DNA from: a virus
Lineage: Duplodnaviria > Caudoviricetes
Length of the DNA stretch: 64,000 bases
Virus record (IMG/VR): IMGVR_UViG_3300033069_001465
Reading direction: 5' to 3' (one strand)
In this document: piece by piece, positions 1 through 9,091 of the stretch
Position numbering within the stretch: the stretch's first letter is position 1
How the letters are laid out: each line of letters starts with the position of its first letter
Made by a program: the position numbers and the translations under genes
The notes under the pieces: generated by a model
What the model was told of the DNA's origin: nothing
Seen by the model: the letters and a program-made list of their open reading frames with translations, nothing else
The model's database searches: none

Positions 1-235
1 CTATTATTATTAGTAAGAAATAATATGAGAGGCTAGAAAATAATCCTATTATTAGCCATATTAAGTAAAAGACTTTGGTTACATAAAATATGTAATCTGT
101 CAATTTTGATGTTGATAGATGTCTTTGATTAAATTTAACATAAAGTCTATCTTTAAACCTTAAGTGATAAATTTCTGCCCATATAAATAATATGGGAAAT
201 AAATAAAAAAGAGTATGTATAAAGTTAGCTAGCAT
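1..235 (-). CDS. Partial membrane protein running off the window start (MLANFIHTLFYLFPILFIWAEIYHLRFK...FYLIWLIIGLFSSLSYYFLLIII)
   Basis: Manually translated. ATG at 235-233 overlaps the stop of the 225..524 ORF, the frame is open to the window edge, and it has two or more hydrophobic stretches. Not in the ORF track. Confidence 0.6.
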   Translation of the reverse strand, partial: MLANFIHTLFYLFPILFIWAEIYHLRFKDRLYVKFNQRHLSTSKLTDYIFYVTKVFYLIWLIIGLFSSLSYYFLLIII

Positions 236-524
236 CTACTATGATATCTTTTAATTTTATTAGATTGTTCAACTGATATTGTGGTAATCTTATATTTTTT
301 TCTGATAATACCATATTATAAATATCATCACTTACTACTGTTTCTATAACTGACCCAACGACTCTGTCATACTCATTTGGAACATCTTGTATATCTCTAC
401 TATCATAAATATCATTAAGATATTTCCTATATGACTCTACATTAATATGTAGTGATGCACCATCTGGTCTAACTCCCCATCCTCTTTCTGATTCTTCCCA
501 GAATTGTAATAAAACCTTATTCAT
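225..524 (-). CDS. Hypothetical phage protein (99 aa)
   Basis: ORF track; WEESERGWGVRPDG segment; no function recognised. Confidence 0.6.
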   Translation of the reverse strand: MNKVLLQFWEESERGWGVRPDGASLHINVESYRKYLNDIYDSRDIQDVPNEYDRVVGSVIETVVSDDIYNMVLSEKNIRLPQYQLNNLIKLKDIIVDAS

Positions 525-566
525 ATACTCTATTTAAATATTCTATTTAAAAGAATAAATAAAGTT

Positions 567-965
567 TTAAAATCCACCACCATATCTAGTTCCAACTTCA
601 GCATATACCTCATAATCTGCTATTTGGAAGTAAATAAACATCATATCCTGATAATTTTCAACATCTTGGGCGAATACAACTTTTAATCCATAATTCATAC
701 TGTCTAATTCAGGTATAAATGTAGATATTTGTTGCCTGATTATTTCTTCAACAAATGATGCGGAAACTCTAGTTTCATACAAAAGTAATACTAGATCGGC
801 ACCTAAATCTGGCTCACCTAATACTTCACCTTTATTTGTAAATAAGACCATTTCATATTTTTGAATAATGACATTTATAATATCATCCTCTATCAATTGA
901 CCACTTTTATACTTAGGGTGTCCTTGATATCTTATGTAAAAATCTTTAAAGTCTATCGAGTTCAT
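567..965 (-). CDS. gp25: Baseplate wedge gp25-like protein (true start likely MNSIDF at 965)
   Basis: FTNKGEVLGEPDLGADL..LLYE resembles the gp25/GPW core motif; TAATATATA box just upstream of 965; the longer 1142 start overlaps the opposite-strand gene. Confidence 0.7.
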   Translation of the reverse strand: MNSIDFKDFYIRYQGHPKYKSGQLIEDDIINVIIQKYEMVLFTNKGEVLGEPDLGADLVLLLYETRVSASFVEEIIRQQISTFIPELDSMNYGLKVVFAQDVENYQDMMFIYFQIADYEVYAEVGTRYGGGF

Positions 966-970
966 ATAAA

Positions 971-993
971 TATATATTAAATAATAATATATA
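971..993. promoter_or_regulatory. Back-to-back TAATATATA late-promoter-like boxes for the divergent genes starting at 965 (-) and 1000 (+)
   Basis: tatatatta (971-979) and taatatata (985-993); the same motif recurs upstream of more than 25 genes in the window. Confidence 0.6.
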
Positions 994-999
994 CATATT

Positions 1000-1566
1000 A
1001 TGAAGTATCTTAAACGAGTGTTTGAAAACACTACCAATGATGCCGCCCGTATCTTGTTTTTTGATAGATATAAGCAATCTATTTTAAAAAATATTGAAGA
1101 TAATTTTAATATAAATGTATTTGATTTTATAGATGAGTTCATTCATATTGAGGATAGTGGTGTTGATGTTGATATCAAATTCATAATTAATTTTAAAAAC
1201 AGAGATAAATATCCACAAAATAGAAATTTTGATATAGTAAAAAATAGAGGATCGATAAAAAATAATATTTATCAAACTGAACTTATAAATCGAAGAACAA
1301 TGTATGAAAGTCGGTTTGAATATGGATTGACATATTGTGGATACCCAATAGACAAAAATGATATAACTAATAAATTTATTAGTGTTCTTTTTATTAATCA
1401 AAAAAATCCATCAACAAGTATGGGTGATAATTTACATTTTTTGGATAAGTTCAAATATGTTATTTCTGAAATATGTAAAAAATACCAATTAAAAGTTGTT
1501 AAAGAAAATTCAACTATGGAAAAAATTGGATACACATCTTATAATATTTTACTAGATAATATATAA
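1000..1566 (+). CDS. N-terminally tagged hypothetical protein (MKYLKRVFEN...)
   Basis: ORF track; shared N-terminal motif. Confidence 0.75.
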   Translation: MKYLKRVFENTTNDAARILFFDRYKQSILKNIEDNFNINVFDFIDEFIHIEDSGVDVDIKFIINFKNRDKYPQNRNFDIVKNRGSIKNNIYQTELINRRTMYESRFEYGLTYCGYPIDKNDITNKFISVLFINQKNPSTSMGDNLHFLDKFKYVISEICKKYQLKVVKENSTMEKIGYTSYNILLDNI

Positions 1567-1575
1567 ATCATAATT

Positions 1576-2013
1576 ATGAATCATATTCAACTATTTGAGG
1601 AATATTCCAATTACTATAAAAAAATTGGGAGTGATTATGACAGTATAGGTATTGCACCTGACCAGTATACTGAAATATCCGACGATATATTTAATAAAAT
1701 AAAAGTAAAATTATCAGAGAAAAAATTCAATGTTAGTAAGGTAAATATACCATTATCTAATAGATTATTACATCCAGTAGACGTGATTATAGTTGTGAAT
1801 CGAAAAAACGAGGAATCTAATTTTGTATCAGGTAGAATAAAAATGACCACAGATGAATGGTTTTATGTGCAACTAGACTTTGGAACTCTACATGATAATG
1901 GGTCGAATAAATGGCGATATATCAATTTGCGAGAAGCAGATATTTGTGGTATATACAAATGTGACCAATTAGAAGGGTTATCTGGTACGCAGCTTTTCAA
2001 TTTGCCCGTTTAA
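1576..2013 (+). CDS. Tagged protein of the DEWF...YKCDQ paralog family (MNHIQLFEEY...)
   Basis: DEWFYV...YKCDQLEGL motif shared with ORFs at 11246, 42510, 50482 and 51810. Confidence 0.75.
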   Translation: MNHIQLFEEYSNYYKKIGSDYDSIGIAPDQYTEISDDIFNKIKVKLSEKKFNVSKVNIPLSNRLLHPVDVIIVVNRKNEESNFVSGRIKMTTDEWFYVQLDFGTLHDNGSNKWRYINLREADICGIYKCDQLEGLSGTQLFNLPV

Positions 2014-2026
2014 GTTGTTTGACGAG

Positions 2027-3001
2027 TTAGAACAATTCTCTTAATCTTCCTATAACCGTCATCCCTAATACAATCGGATCTGTATTTGTTTCTAATAATT
2101 TTGTATGTTCTGCAATAATATAATTTACCTGAAACAATTTATCAATGTTTTCTCTTTTTTCAGAAAATGACCATTGAATAAAATGTTTTCCAAATAGGTT
2201 AATCATTTCATCTATTTTATCTGGACCAAAGTTGTTCATTAAGAAATGATATATATCTTCATAATTTTTAGATTTGTCATAAATAATTGCATATAGATCA
2301 TTTCTCAATTTGAGATTTATATTTGAATTGGAGGATCCTTCTCCAGTTTCTTTAAAATGTTGAAGTTCATTCATCACTGAACGAAAATCTGGGAAATTTT
2401 TATTAATAATTTTTATTAAATCATCCTTTTTAATATTTATCTTTTCTTCTGGAGCAATTACATCCATTATTCTTTTATAGATGGATGTTTTAAGAAATTT
2501 TTCTTCATCAGCATTAATGCAGTCAAAGTTAATTTGTGTTGATCTTGATTTAATACCATCAGATATCTTATTAATGTGATTTGTATTAAATATAAATCGA
2601 ACATTTCGACTAGAATACTCATCTATGTATGCCTTTAAAGCATCTTGATATTGCGGAGATGTTCTTTCAAATTCATCTAAGAAAACATATTTCATAGAAT
2701 CTTGATCGATCATGTAGTCTAAGTCTAACCCCATATAAACTTTAGAACAGAAGTCATCAATTTTGGTCCTTAGAACATCAATTGAGGTATAGAAGGAGCT
2801 ATTTATTTCTAAGAAAGCTTTATCTTTTGAATATCTACCAATGAGTATTCTGGCTAATGTTGTTTTGCCGGTTCCATAATGTCCGTATAAAATAACATTT
2901 TTCTTAATTCCATCCTCAAATATTTTTTGAATTCTTGGTAGAAGAATAACATCTTCAAACTTTTTAGGTCTCCATTTTTCGCTTAGTAACAGTTCTTTCA
3001 T
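2027..3001 (-). CDS. gp44: Clamp loader AAA+ ATPase subunit (RFC small subunit / T4 gp44-like)
   Basis: EKWRPK..EDVIL, Walker A GHYGTGKTT, Walker B FLDEFE, SRC-like KSRS, PDFRSVMNELQ. Confidence 0.92.
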   Translation of the reverse strand: MKELLLSEKWRPKKFEDVILLPRIQKIFEDGIKKNVILYGHYGTGKTTLARILIGRYSKDKAFLEINSSFYTSIDVLRTKIDDFCSKVYMGLDLDYMIDQDSMKYVFLDEFERTSPQYQDALKAYIDEYSSRNVRFIFNTNHINKISDGIKSRSTQINFDCINADEEKFLKTSIYKRIMDVIAPEEKINIKKDDLIKIINKNFPDFRSVMNELQHFKETGEGSSNSNINLKLRNDLYAIIYDKSKNYEDIYHFLMNNFGPDKIDEMINLFGKHFIQWSFSEKRENIDKLFQVNYIIAEHTKLLETNTDPIVLGMTVIGRLRELF

Positions 3002-3032
3002 AATTATAAATTGATATAATTATAAATTGATA
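3001..3032. repeat. Perfect 16-bp tandem duplication (TAATTATAAATTGATA x2) immediately upstream of the clamp loader start
   Basis: Direct reading of 3001-3016 and 3017-3032. Confidence 0.85.
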
Positions 3033-3044
3033 TAGTTTGAAAGT

Positions 3045-3488
3045 TTATTTAAATCGTGATCCACGATATCTACCCCCAATAAATCCACTACCACCATATG
3101 ACTTACTAATTGGATCCTTTATTTCTAAGCTCATAATAGCATCTATAAATTCTTGAGGTGGTTTATACTTATGATCTCGTACATAGTGTGATACTTTACT
3201 TGGGAATTTATAACATTTCCCATTATATTCAATTTTTTTAACTTGTGATCCCATAAGAACACCACATAATTCGCACTGGTGAAACCCTTTATGTCTTTCT
3301 GAAGTATACTCATCTGAACGTTCTACTGCTTCTAGCTTTTTAATAAATTCTTCAGAAACCTCACCAGTCGTAAAGTTTTCTTCACTCCCGATCCATCCGA
3401 CATTTAGGCATTCTTTACCATGTATACGACCATATGCATATGGAGTTAGGTCTTCATAATAAGATTCAAATAATTTTAGATGTTTCAT
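3045..3488 (-). CDS. Tagged hypothetical protein with an HxCxxC/H putative Zn site (MKHLKLFES...)
   Basis: LNVGW...HKGFHQCELC...HYVRDHKYKPPQEFIDA. Confidence 0.75.
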   Translation of the reverse strand: MKHLKLFESYYEDLTPYAYGRIHGKECLNVGWIGSEENFTTGEVSEEFIKKLEAVERSDEYTSERHKGFHQCELCGVLMGSQVKKIEYNGKCYKFPSKVSHYVRDHKYKPPQEFIDAIMSLEIKDPISKSYGGSGFIGGRYRGSRFK

Positions 3489-3519
3489 TTTAATATATAT
3501 TAAAATGAAACATCTAAAA
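3474..3519. repeat. 46-bp perfect palindrome spanning two divergent start codons; probable bidirectional promoter TTTAATATATATTAAA
   Basis: TTTTAGATGTTTCAT-TTTAATATATATTAAA-ATGAAACATCTAAAA is its own reverse complement. Confidence 0.9.
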
Positions 3520-3993
3520 AAGTTTGAAGGATTTAGTCAGTTCACAATGTATGGAGAAAAATGGAAAGATCAAGCTCCAAATGAACTTACGATAATTAAA
3601 GATAAAGAAATAAGAAAATATCATCGGGAGAATACCGATTGTATTGGTGATTTAGTACAAATAAACTACGTAGCAGATAGTATTGTATATGGTGATCCTG
3701 ATGAAATGGAAATAGATATTTATATGATTAATATAAATAACCAATTAAAATTAAATGTTGATATTACATATGGTGATTTGGTTGTTTCCGAATTTAGTAT
3801 AGAGGCACCACATAAAGTTAGTGTTATTCAATATACATCTTATCATTCTAAATTTGATCCAAGTAATACTATTTTTGCCTTTGAGGATGAATCATTAGAA
3901 GCCTTTATTGCCTTCTTAAACAACTTTGACGGATTTCAATTAACAACTGATGATTTTAAATTTTTAGATAAAAGGGATAATTATTCTCAATAG
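3505..3993 (+). CDS. Tagged hypothetical protein (MKHLKKFEGF...)
   Basis: ORF track; N-terminal motif. Confidence 0.75.
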   Translation: MKHLKKFEGFSQFTMYGEKWKDQAPNELTIIKDKEIRKYHRENTDCIGDLVQINYVADSIVYGDPDEMEIDIYMININNQLKLNVDITYGDLVVSEFSIEAPHKVSVIQYTSYHSKFDPSNTIFAFEDESLEAFIAFLNNFDGFQLTTDDFKFLDKRDNYSQ

Positions 3994-4310
3994 TCAAAGT
4001 CTTCATCAGTGTAAAAAATATCAACATCACCATAATCGGTATTATTGAAATACCATCCTCCCCAATCTGTATCTTCAACAGATTCAGCATTCAATAGCTT
4101 GAATATTTGTTCTTTTACTTCATCATTGAATTCTATATCTGGTATTAATATATCAATATCGTGTTCGGATGTAACTTTTCCTTTCCCAAATCCACCAATG
4201 AGTGATGCATTTTTTGATATATTTTTTTGTAATAAAGACAATGCTTTATTCGCATCATCTATTGTATGCAACTTTTCAGTAATATACTCCTTAAATAATT
4301 TTATTTTCAT
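3987..4310 (-). CDS. Tagged minimal nucleotidyltransferase (Pol-beta superfamily)
   Basis: LIGGFGKG.....HDIDILI matches the hG[GS]-x(9-13)-DhDh signature, with a third acidic strand DVDIF; N-terminus MKIKLFKEY. Confidence 0.7.
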   Translation of the reverse strand: MKIKLFKEYITEKLHTIDDANKALSLLQKNISKNASLIGGFGKGKVTSEHDIDILIPDIEFNDEVKEQIFKLLNAESVEDTDWGGWYFNNTDYGDVDIFYTDEDFDY

Positions 4311-4323
4311 AATACATATTTTA

Positions 4324-4350
4324 TTTATATATAAATCTATGATTGGAGAA
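4324..4350 (+). repeat. 27-bp direct repeat, copy 1 (TTTATATATAAATCTATGATTGGAGAA); duplicated promoter plus first 4 codons of the gp15-like gene
   Basis: Identical to 6856-6882. Confidence 0.9.
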
Positions 4351-4358
4351 TTTCTGGA

Positions 4359-6824
4359 TTAGATACTAATATAGAATCTTGAATTTCCTGATGATATACC
4401 TTGAATCATCTTCATTTCCCCTTGATTAAGCACTATGTTTGATTTTATCTTATCAACAAGTTCATCCAATTCTTCTTTCTTTTTGGTGTGGCTTAGATAA
4501 TTAAATATCTCACTGAAATAATCTACATGATTTCTTCCTTGTTGATGAAAATCCTGTCCATCTATTTTTGACCACTTATCAGCTTGATTTCTAGTTCTTT
4601 TAACTAAATTAAAATAGTTTTGGAACCCCCAATTAAAATAGTAATAAATTAGAGAAACCGATTCGTGTTGATATATATCCATATTAGGAATTATTTGATT
4701 ACCATAGTTCTTTCTGACCTTTGTCCTATTTTTGACCAACCAATCACATAGTTTTTCTCTCTCACTATCATCCAATCTAAAATCCTCTCTTAAATAAGGT
4801 GTTTGATTATATGACTCCATGTTAAATAAAATTCTTATTAGGAATTTCATTTGATCTTTACTGAAACTAATTTTTAGACTGTTCATTAAATCAATATTAT
4901 CAGTTTTAACTAAACTGGTAATCATATAGAGAGTTGATGTAAACCCTAGTTCATCATATCTACCAAATGAGAATGACTCATTTTTTAATTTAGGATAGAA
5001 ATAATCAACTATTGTTTGCGCATCTATGTCTCTTTTATTTCTATCAATTTTTACAACCCACTGTTTTATAGTATTTAGTGCATAATTCGTTGTTGTATAT
5101 TGTGGTAATACTTTTTTATAGAGTCTTAATAGTTCCTCCCTTTCACACAATTCTTTTAATTTAGGGTATCCTGATAAATATTCTTCATCGATATCTAAGA
5201 ATACTGAGGAACTTATTTTATTTTCATCTAAAAATTTATTCATTGCTTCTTCTTGACTAGAGGATGGATTGATAACCAAATCAACTATTTTATCAACGTG
5301 TGATTTTATTTGTGGATATTTTTTAGATAACTTCATCCAAACATTTAATGGATTTGAGTTAAAAACATAACCTAAGTCAAATTTTGATTTTTGTATTAAT
5401 TTTATTAAGCCATCCGTATCGACCTCATACCCATTTAATTTCGCAAATTCTAATATTTCATCTATCTTACTAACATTATTATCTCTTAAGTAGCTAACCA
5501 ATTGATCCCATGTAAATATGTGTGGCCCAACTCCATAGTATTTTAAAACATATAATTGTTGATTAAAATTTAGCCCATAGTTAGAAAAGCTTTCTATCGT
5601 CGAATTTTGTAGTCGATCTATTATATCAATAGAATCATAATCAAATATTTTCTTTAGATCTTCATCTTTTGTATCAAACATTTTTATTTCTCTTGGGAAT
5701 GGATTTAAATTAAATAAATAGTTCATATTTATTTTTTCTCTTAGTTTAAATTGTTTTTTTCTACTAATTATCCATTCTAAGCCCTTTCCCTTTATTTGGC
5801 CGAGATAATTTATCTCCATTTTATCTTGCAGCCCATGATTTTCCATTTCATCTGTAGTGAATAGTTTAAAGTCATCTTGTTTAAATACGGATTTATTTTT
5901 TAGAATATCATCTTTTGATATTCCAAATTCAATTAGGTCGCTTACCGGAGTGTTATTAAAATTAATCTCATCAAATTTAATTTTCAATGAGTCTAATTTA
6001 AACCCCCTATCTAATAGTATCGCTGATAACTTATCAGAATAAATTGATCTATCATCAACTAAATGAGCTGTATAAAGCTTATATCCATAGGTTATTCCTA
6101 TTTTTCTATAATTATCATTTAGATCTGTCAAGAAGGCAACAAATTGTCTATTTAACCCATTATTATAAGAATTAAATGTAGATTGATCCAAAATACACCA
6201 ACTTGTATCACCTGCTAATCTTCTTAATTGGAAACTATCAGAAACTTTAATTATAATTATGTCATTCGCCTTGCTTTTATAAATTAAATCAACATTTGTA
6301 TTCTTAACTTCTCTTAAGATAGATTCGTATTTTAAGTTCTTTTGATTTACAAAAGAGTTCAAAGCATTAGACAATTCAGATTGAGTTTTATATCTTGATA
6401 TTTTCTTTATGAATACGTTTTTATCTTTTCTATCATATAATTTCAAAAATAGAGGATACATATTACTATTTACCAAATCTTTCTGTGTAGAAGGTAACTC
6501 TGATATCATTTGTTTAATCTTCCAATTATTTCTAGCGGATATAATATCATCTTGTAACTCTTCCCATTTTGAATAATTCGTAATGGTTTTGTTTAAGTTT
6601 CTAATATAAGGCGCGGATATTATCAAATCATATAACTCTTTAAGTGACTCAAAGCTAACACCTTGTTCTAGCCACATTTTAACAAAGAATCCTAAATATC
6701 CATTATGATCTTTAGTTAACTCCTTTATGTCATTATATGTTTTGCTATTTTCACCCACCCCAAACTTTCGCAAAATTGATCTGGCTAGTTGTGTATTTTC
6801 AAATAATTTAAAATTATCGATCAT
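4359..6824 (-). CDS. Large tagged hypothetical protein (821 aa) with a T-S-W-C-I (PcfJ-like) segment
   Basis: MIDNFKLFEN tag; LAGDTSWCI...TFNSYN motif; TAATATATA box 4 nt upstream; flanked by 27-bp direct repeats. Confidence 0.75.
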   Translation of the reverse strand: MIDNFKLFENTQLARSILRKFGVGENSKTYNDIKELTKDHNGYLGFFVKMWLEQGVSFESLKELYDLIISAPYIRNLNKTITNYSKWEELQDDIISARNNWKIKQMISELPSTQKDLVNSNMYPLFLKLYDRKDKNVFIKKISRYKTQSELSNALNSFVNQKNLKYESILREVKNTNVDLIYKSKANDIIIIKVSDSFQLRRLAGDTSWCILDQSTFNSYNNGLNRQFVAFLTDLNDNYRKIGITYGYKLYTAHLVDDRSIYSDKLSAILLDRGFKLDSLKIKFDEINFNNTPVSDLIEFGISKDDILKNKSVFKQDDFKLFTTDEMENHGLQDKMEINYLGQIKGKGLEWIISRKKQFKLREKINMNYLFNLNPFPREIKMFDTKDEDLKKIFDYDSIDIIDRLQNSTIESFSNYGLNFNQQLYVLKYYGVGPHIFTWDQLVSYLRDNNVSKIDEILEFAKLNGYEVDTDGLIKLIQKSKFDLGYVFNSNPLNVWMKLSKKYPQIKSHVDKIVDLVINPSSSQEEAMNKFLDENKISSSVFLDIDEEYLSGYPKLKELCEREELLRLYKKVLPQYTTTNYALNTIKQWVVKIDRNKRDIDAQTIVDYFYPKLKNESFSFGRYDELGFTSTLYMITSLVKTDNIDLMNSLKISFSKDQMKFLIRILFNMESYNQTPYLREDFRLDDSEREKLCDWLVKNRTKVRKNYGNQIIPNMDIYQHESVSLIYYYFNWGFQNYFNLVKRTRNQADKWSKIDGQDFHQQGRNHVDYFSEIFNYLSHTKKKEELDELVDKIKSNIVLNQGEMKMIQGISSGNSRFYISI

Positions 6825-6855
6825 ATTTTATATATTAAAATAGGAGATTATATAT

Positions 6856-6882
6856 TTTATATATAAATCTATGATTGGAGAA
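6856..6882 (+). repeat. 27-bp direct repeat, copy 2 (promoter and start of the gp15-like gene)
   Basis: Identical to 4324-4350. Confidence 0.9.
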
Positions 6883-7617
6883 AGATTTAATTTTGAAGAT
6901 GTGTTTTTTCGTGACTTAACAGTTTGTGTTTTGGATACATTAGAAGGTGAAGTTTGGTGGACGAATCGATTTTCATCAGGAGACATAGAAGTTAAGGTTC
7001 CTTTTTATTATTCCATGACAGGAGATGAAAGATTTCTCTTAGATTCTTTTGCTGATGATGTCGTTTCTGATAACAGATATGTAGAGTTAAACACTGATAT
7101 TATACCAAGAGGTCATTTAACAATGACTGGATTTGATATTAAATCAGATGAATTTGCTAATCCAAATGTTTGGCTAAGAACTGTTGTTGAGAACAAAACA
7201 GAAATTAAAAAAGTTTTAACGAAAGTTAGAGCAGTTCCGATATCGGTTAAATACGACTTATCAATTTTATTAGCAAGTGAAATAGATTCTTTTAAATGCA
7301 GTCAGGCAATAATTAATACCCTATGGTTGTATAGGTTTATGTATTTTGAACACAACTATATGAATATAGATGCGGTCATGATACTTCCGGATGCAAATCA
7401 GGTTGAAATTTCAAGAGAGAAGAACCTTACAACTGACAATACTATCAAATTGACAGTATCTTTTGAAGTTCATACTTATTACCCAGCATTTCGAAGTGGT
7501 GATGGGACAACTGATGTAATAAATCCAAAGAAAACCAGATGGTATTTGAATTTAATTGAATCTAGACGAGCCGGAGTTCCATTTGTTTTAGATAATAATA
7601 TAAATAATAATCCTTAA
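6871..7617 (+). CDS. gp15: Tail terminator / tail completion protein (T4 gp15-like)
   Basis: IEVKVPFYY, IPRGHL, AVPISVKYDLSI...SQAII and terminal LTVSFEVHTYYP follow the gp15 family pattern. Confidence 0.65.
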   Translation: MIGERFNFEDVFFRDLTVCVLDTLEGEVWWTNRFSSGDIEVKVPFYYSMTGDERFLLDSFADDVVSDNRYVELNTDIIPRGHLTMTGFDIKSDEFANPNVWLRTVVENKTEIKKVLTKVRAVPISVKYDLSILLASEIDSFKCSQAIINTLWLYRFMYFEHNYMNIDAVMILPDANQVEISREKNLTTDNTIKLTVSFEVHTYYPAFRSGDGTTDVINPKKTRWYLNLIESRRAGVPFVLDNNINNNP

Positions 7618-7690
7618 TAAATAAAAGTGAAAAAAATGACTTTTTGTTTATAATATATAGATTAAGATAAAATAAAAAACAAAATTTACT

Positions 7691-8974
7691 ATGAAGAATA
7701 TTAAATTAGAACTATTTAATTTCAGAAAAAAATTAGGTATTGAGCAAGAAGAAGTTTCCATGATAATTGAATCATATATTGATATGTGTAATGAATTATC
7801 AGAAAAACAAATTGTTACTGCCTTAAATGAAAGACTAAAAACATATACTTTTGATAAAGAGGTTAAGTCACTTCTTGAAACACTTAATCTTGATATGAAA
7901 GAGTATCAACTTGTTTATGAGTTAAAACATTTGTATAATGTTTTAAATGGTAAAAATCAAGGAGAATTATATAGACAACCTATTAACGTGCTTTTGCAAA
8001 CCATCAATCTTGAAAATGATCAAGATAGATTATCAAAAGTTCTTAATGAGTTAGCTATTTATGATTGGGTTCCTGAAATTAAACTTTTTGTTCACAACTT
8101 AACAAAGTCTCCAGAACAAAGAGCTAATTTATTATCAGGTGGTAAAGGCGAATCCATTTTCACAATTGTTGAGCAAGTAGAAGATGGATATCTTTGTTTA
8201 TTAAGAGAATCATGGTTCTTATTATCTGAAAATAATATTGAAAAAACGGCTCTCGAAACTCACGTTACTGATAATGAAAAATTAAGAGTTTTAAGAACAC
8301 TAGAAACTGCTATGAAATATGCAGATATATCTGAAGATAGAGTTAATTTTAGAATTTCTGAAAATCTAACTGTTGGATTATCTGTTTCTAAAAATGGTGT
8401 TATTTATATAAATGATGATGAATTAAATAAGGAAACGACCTTAGAAAGTTTATTTAGTTCTCCAATCATTCCAATTGTTAATAAAAATTTCTATCCGGTT
8501 ATTTTAGAAACTTCGTCTAATTTAGATAAGTTTGTTGAATTAGATGTTGTTAAGAAAATTTCTAATTTAGTAAATCCTTACCTTGAAATTTATGCATTCA
8601 ATTATAAAAATGCTACATATCTTTACAGATGTGATGAAAGATACGGACATTCATTTTTCAAATATGATTCAGCAATTGAGCTAGTAAATGAAGTTAGAAA
8701 TGAATTAAACTATGATTTAACATATTTTTTTGAAAATAAATTAGATGTGGAATTAATTAGTAAAAAGAAATTAGAAGATAAAGAAAGAGAAATTTCTTTA
8801 AAATTAGAAGATGTTAAATTTAACATTTCAAAAGTTAAAACATCCTTAGAATATATCGGCGAATCAAATGTTTTAAATGTTGCTTTAGAAAATCTACAGA
8901 AGAGAAAAGAAGTATTAGAAAATGACTTACAATCAGTTAAAGAATCACAATACAAAGAAAGAGTTAAAGCATAA
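7691..8974 (+). CDS. Hypothetical protein, likely virion/head-assembly, with C-terminal coiled coil (427 aa)
   Basis: ORF track; TAATATATA box at 7651; followed by an intrinsic terminator. Confidence 0.7.
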   Translation: MKNIKLELFNFRKKLGIEQEEVSMIIESYIDMCNELSEKQIVTALNERLKTYTFDKEVKSLLETLNLDMKEYQLVYELKHLYNVLNGKNQGELYRQPINVLLQTINLENDQDRLSKVLNELAIYDWVPEIKLFVHNLTKSPEQRANLLSGGKGESIFTIVEQVEDGYLCLLRESWFLLSENNIEKTALETHVTDNEKLRVLRTLETAMKYADISEDRVNFRISENLTVGLSVSKNGVIYINDDELNKETTLESLFSSPIIPIVNKNFYPVILETSSNLDKFVELDVVKKISNLVNPYLEIYAFNYKNATYLYRCDERYGHSFFKYDSAIELVNEVRNELNYDLTYFFENKLDVELISKKKLEDKEREISLKLEDVKFNISKVKTSLEYIGESNVLNVALENLQKRKEVLENDLQSVKESQYKERVKA

Positions 8975-8991
8975 ATTAAATTAATAAATTT

Positions 8992-9017
8992 AAACCCCTC
9001 ATATTGAGGGGTTTTTT
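8992..9017 (+). terminator. Rho-independent terminator
   Basis: AAACCCCTCA-TAT-TGAGGGGTTT followed by a T run. Confidence 0.85.
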
Positions 9018-9091
9018 ATGCTTATACTAAACTTATTTAATTATATAAATATAAAATATAATTAAACACTCTAAAAAATAATATTATGTAA

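Noticed and set aside
966-1142. N-terminal extension of the 191-aa ORF (567..1142)
   Set aside because: It overlaps the opposite-strand tagged gene at 1000; the promoter box and gp25-like content point to the ATG at 965
7691-7725. MKNIKLELFNF as another copy of the N-terminal tag
   Set aside because: Spacing differs (no F/Y-E at the expected position), so it was not counted
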